A DNA stretch of 60,843 nt, filler included, from Candidatus Woesearchaeota archaeon CG1_02_57_44 (GTDB lineage Archaea; Nanobdellota; Nanobdellia; Woesearchaeales; CG1-02-57-44): NCBI GenBank assembly GCA_001871415.1. It is 6 parts of 6 records of this genome, joined end to end, with 100 filler letters (N's around TTAATTAATTAA, not from the genome) between each part and the next. Parts side by side here need not be neighbours in the genome. Positions count along the whole stretch, not along the records: positions 55,534 to 60,843 come from MNWW01000077.1; 5 more parts are not named here. One strand, given 5' to 3'. This document shows positions 58,623 through 60,843 of the stretch, piece after piece. A program made the position numbers and the translations under genes. The stretch's first letter is position 1. Every line of letters begins with the position of its first letter. The notes under the pieces were generated by a model. It worked only from the letters and a program-made list of their open reading frames with translations. It ran no database searches and had not been told where the DNA came from.

Positions 58623-59374
58623 TGCTGATGGATGCGCAGGTGAATGAAGTCTCAGACAGGGACGCAGGATCTCTGGCAGAGCCTGGGTCTGACGAAGGGA
58701 CATTAGTGTTCTTTGTGTCTGGCAATACGCATAAGGCAGCCGAGCTTTCAGCTGCATTGCGCATGCGCGTGGAGCTGCTGCCCCCTCCGGTCGAGGTGCA
58801 AGGTACGCTCGCTGACATCGCGACTGCAAAGGTTCTCTATGGTGCGGCCTTGCTTGGCTTGCACGTCAAGAATGACAACGTGGCAGGTGGCGCTGGCACA
58901 GGCCCTCATGGGAAGGCATCTGCCATGCTTGCATCATCGTCCGGGAACATGACCCTGAGTCCTGCTGAAGAGCGCATCATCGTCGCTGACGACACGGCGC
59001 TCTGCCTTGACGCGCTGGGTGGCATGCCTGGTCCTTATATCCGGCATTTTCTCGCGGCTATGGGCAATGATGGATTACAGCGCGTGGCGGCTGTGCTTGG
59101 GGATACTGGCGCTGAAGGCGTCACCTGTATCGCAGCAAGGATGCCAGACGGCGCCATTGAGGTATTTGAGGGGCGCGCACGGGGCAGTCTGGTTCCACCG
59201 CGCCCTGCGCAGGACCGTAGGGAAGGCAAATCTGCCATGGGATGGGATCCAATCTTTCTGCCTGACGGGCAGGAGCGCACGTTCTCTGAGATGAGTGTTG
59301 GGGAGAAGAATCAGCTCAGCCCCAGAGGCAAGGCTGTCGCTAAGCTCATTGCATGGCTTGATGCGCTGATCTGA
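58622..59374 (+). CDS. rdgB: Ham1/ITPase non-canonical purine NTP pyrophosphatase
   Basis: SGNTHK..E, EVQG, DDTAL..DALGGMPGPYIR, GWDPIF, TFSEM...EKN..SPRGKA. Confidence 0.9.
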   Translation: MLMDAQVNEVSDRDAGSLAEPGSDEGTLVFFVSGNTHKAAELSAALRMRVELLPPPVEVQGTLADIATAKVLYGAALLGLHVKNDNVAGGAGTGPHGKASAMLASSSGNMTLSPAEERIIVADDTALCLDALGGMPGPYIRHFLAAMGNDGLQRVAAVLGDTGAEGVTCIAARMPDGAIEVFEGRARGSLVPPRPAQDRREGKSAMGWDPIFLPDGQERTFSEMSVGEKNQLSPRGKAVAKLIAWLDALI

Positions 59375-59481
59375 CCCCCTGTATTTTGAGATGGAGGTGA
59401 ACGGTGCAGCTGCGCTCTTTATAGTCCGATTCGCATGTTTCTGGCCGTAATTATTAAAAAGAGCACGGGAATTGTCTGGCC

Positions 59482-60645
59482 ATGGTCAATATCGTCCTGG
59501 TCGGCAAAGGAACAATCGGTACGGGGTTATTGCTCCGGGCACATGAGCTGGCTGAACAAGGTCATTTCTTCTCTGGAGTGGCCGACACGAGCGGGCTTGC
59601 GTTTCCGCTCCATGAAGGCGGGCCATATACGCCTGATGAGGCGATGCAGCTCGCTGATCAGAAACCTCTGTATCCACTAGCTATGGCACTAGGTCACACT
59701 GGGGTCGTTGTGGGGCCTAGATCCCTTGACGCTGTCGCGACGCATCTACTGCAACCCACTTCTTTTGATCATGTACTTGTGGATACTACGCCCAGTGCTG
59801 ATATGATCGCGGTGCAGACCCAGGCAATCGCCAATGGGCGCTATGTCGTCTCTGTGAACAAGAAACCATACGCCAATGGGGATGCGCGCCACTCTGTCGA
59901 TTATCTGCTCAGCAATGCCCTTGACGGGCGCGTGCAGCTGCGCGGAACTGTCGGTGCCAATATCGGCGCTCCAGAGACGCTCATGCAGGCGCTCAGAGAG
60001 CATCCTGATGATAGGTTCGTCATCCAAGGGTGCCTGTCCGGCACGCTCGGCTATGTGTGCAACCAGCTGCAGCAGGGCAAAGTTTTCAGCGAGGCCGTGG
60101 AATCTGCCGTCGCTCTCGGCTACACAGAACCCAGGCCTTTTGATGATTTCAGCGGCCTTGATGTGGCACGCAAGGCGACCATCCTCGGCCGGCTGTGCGC
60201 GCGGCACTGGGGACGGCCCATCAGCGTCGTGCAGGTGCAGCATGATAGTTTCCTTGACGCGGCCGTCCACGGCACGGATTATAATGCCCGCGTCCTTGAA
60301 GACCTGGACGGCCCTGCGTTCGCTGGAGCCTCAAGAGGACTTGATGGATATTTCGCTGATTTCATGGCAGCACTTCCTGAGGGACACGTGCCTCGGTACA
60401 TCGCGCGCGTCAGCGCAAGCAGGGATGCTGGTGTGCATGTCTCGGTAGGTCTTGTGGCTGTCACTGCAGAGCGATGCCTGGGAAAACTGGACGGCTCTGA
60501 TAATCTGGTCACCATCACCGCGGGTTCGCATGAGTATGCCGCAGGGCCGGGTCCGGGCGCGGGCGTGAAACCCACGACTGATGCCATCATCTATGGCATT
60601 GACGCGCTCGCGGCCAAGCCAGGGTTGCTTGCGTCGCGCTTCTAG
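59482..60645 (+). CDS. hom: Homoserine dehydrogenase
   Basis: VGKGTIG, VDTT, VNKKP, TVGA, GCLSGTLGY, GYTEP.P.DD.SGLDVARKA.IL, GPGAG..PT. Confidence 0.85.
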   Translation: MVNIVLVGKGTIGTGLLLRAHELAEQGHFFSGVADTSGLAFPLHEGGPYTPDEAMQLADQKPLYPLAMALGHTGVVVGPRSLDAVATHLLQPTSFDHVLVDTTPSADMIAVQTQAIANGRYVVSVNKKPYANGDARHSVDYLLSNALDGRVQLRGTVGANIGAPETLMQALREHPDDRFVIQGCLSGTLGYVCNQLQQGKVFSEAVESAVALGYTEPRPFDDFSGLDVARKATILGRLCARHWGRPISVVQVQHDSFLDAAVHGTDYNARVLEDLDGPAFAGASRGLDGYFADFMAALPEGHVPRYIARVSASRDAGVHVSVGLVAVTAERCLGKLDGSDNLVTITAGSHEYAAGPGPGAGVKPTTDAIIYGIDALAAKPGLLASRF

Positions 60646-60658
60646 CATCTTTTTTATC

Positions 60659-60794
60659 ATTGCAAAGCACGGGGTTGAATACCCCGTCCTTCAGGACGTG
60701 CTTTGCAATTCAAAAATCCGCCTGCAATGACGAGGCGCGGTAATACCGCGGCCTTCAGGCCGCGGTTAGCGCCGAGTGGCGGATTTTTGTTATT
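60659..60794 (+). repeat. Dispersed double-palindrome element, copy 3
   Basis: Identical to the copy 2 core; starts 14 bp after the hom stop. Confidence 0.95.
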
Positions 60795-60843
60795 CATTCC
60801 TCGTCCTTGCATTGCCTCCTTTCTTCCTCCTGCTCCGAAAAGC

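Noticed and set aside
183..60660. Many long antisense or alternate-frame ORFs (e.g. 183-908, 5748-6551, 13145-13900, 50322-51056, 53288-54034, 56497-57426)
   Set aside because: Shadow ORFs expected in GC-rich coding DNA opposite well-supported genes

Overview
The window is six unrelated assembly contigs joined by 100-N spacers that contain a TTAATTAATTAA all-frame-stop linker (gaps 30748-30847, 38981-39080, 44445-44544, 50023-50122, 55434-55533), so adjacency across a gap has no biological meaning. The DNA is archaeal: rps13-rps4-rps11-rpoD-tRNA(Leu)-rpl18e-rpl13-rps9, TATA-type promoters and a single-OB SSB. It is GC-rich and probably a DPANN/Woesearchaeota-like MAG (inference). Contig 1 holds a surface-glycan locus (cysD, two alkaline-phosphatase-superfamily genes, Wzy/Wzx-like proteins, several fused glycosyltransferases), tRNA-Phe, SSB, bacterial-type non-discriminating AspRS with gatCAB, Mre11, a second GT2/GT-C/methyltransferase cluster, a 2.4-kb AT-rich element with 16-bp TIRs and a 5-bp TSD but no transposase, an IS5-type MITE and a RelE TA pair. 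Contig 2 holds an MtrA-like/ThyA/DUF4346 protein and an operon of large beta-rich/coiled-coil proteins. Contig 3 holds a structured tandem repeat, a Bro-N gene and the ribosomal operon. Contig 4 holds a deleted IS5, a MazG-like + DUF2075 nuclease-helicase pair and a TA pair. Contig 5 holds a transketolase-gmhA-hldE-hldC/gmhB nucleotide-heptose operon and a partial folC. Contig 6 holds a SWIM-like protein, a lipoprotein, Ham1 and homoserine dehydrogenase. A near-identical ~137-bp double-palindrome element occurs on three separate contigs. All family calls come from motif recognition by eye; no database search was run.
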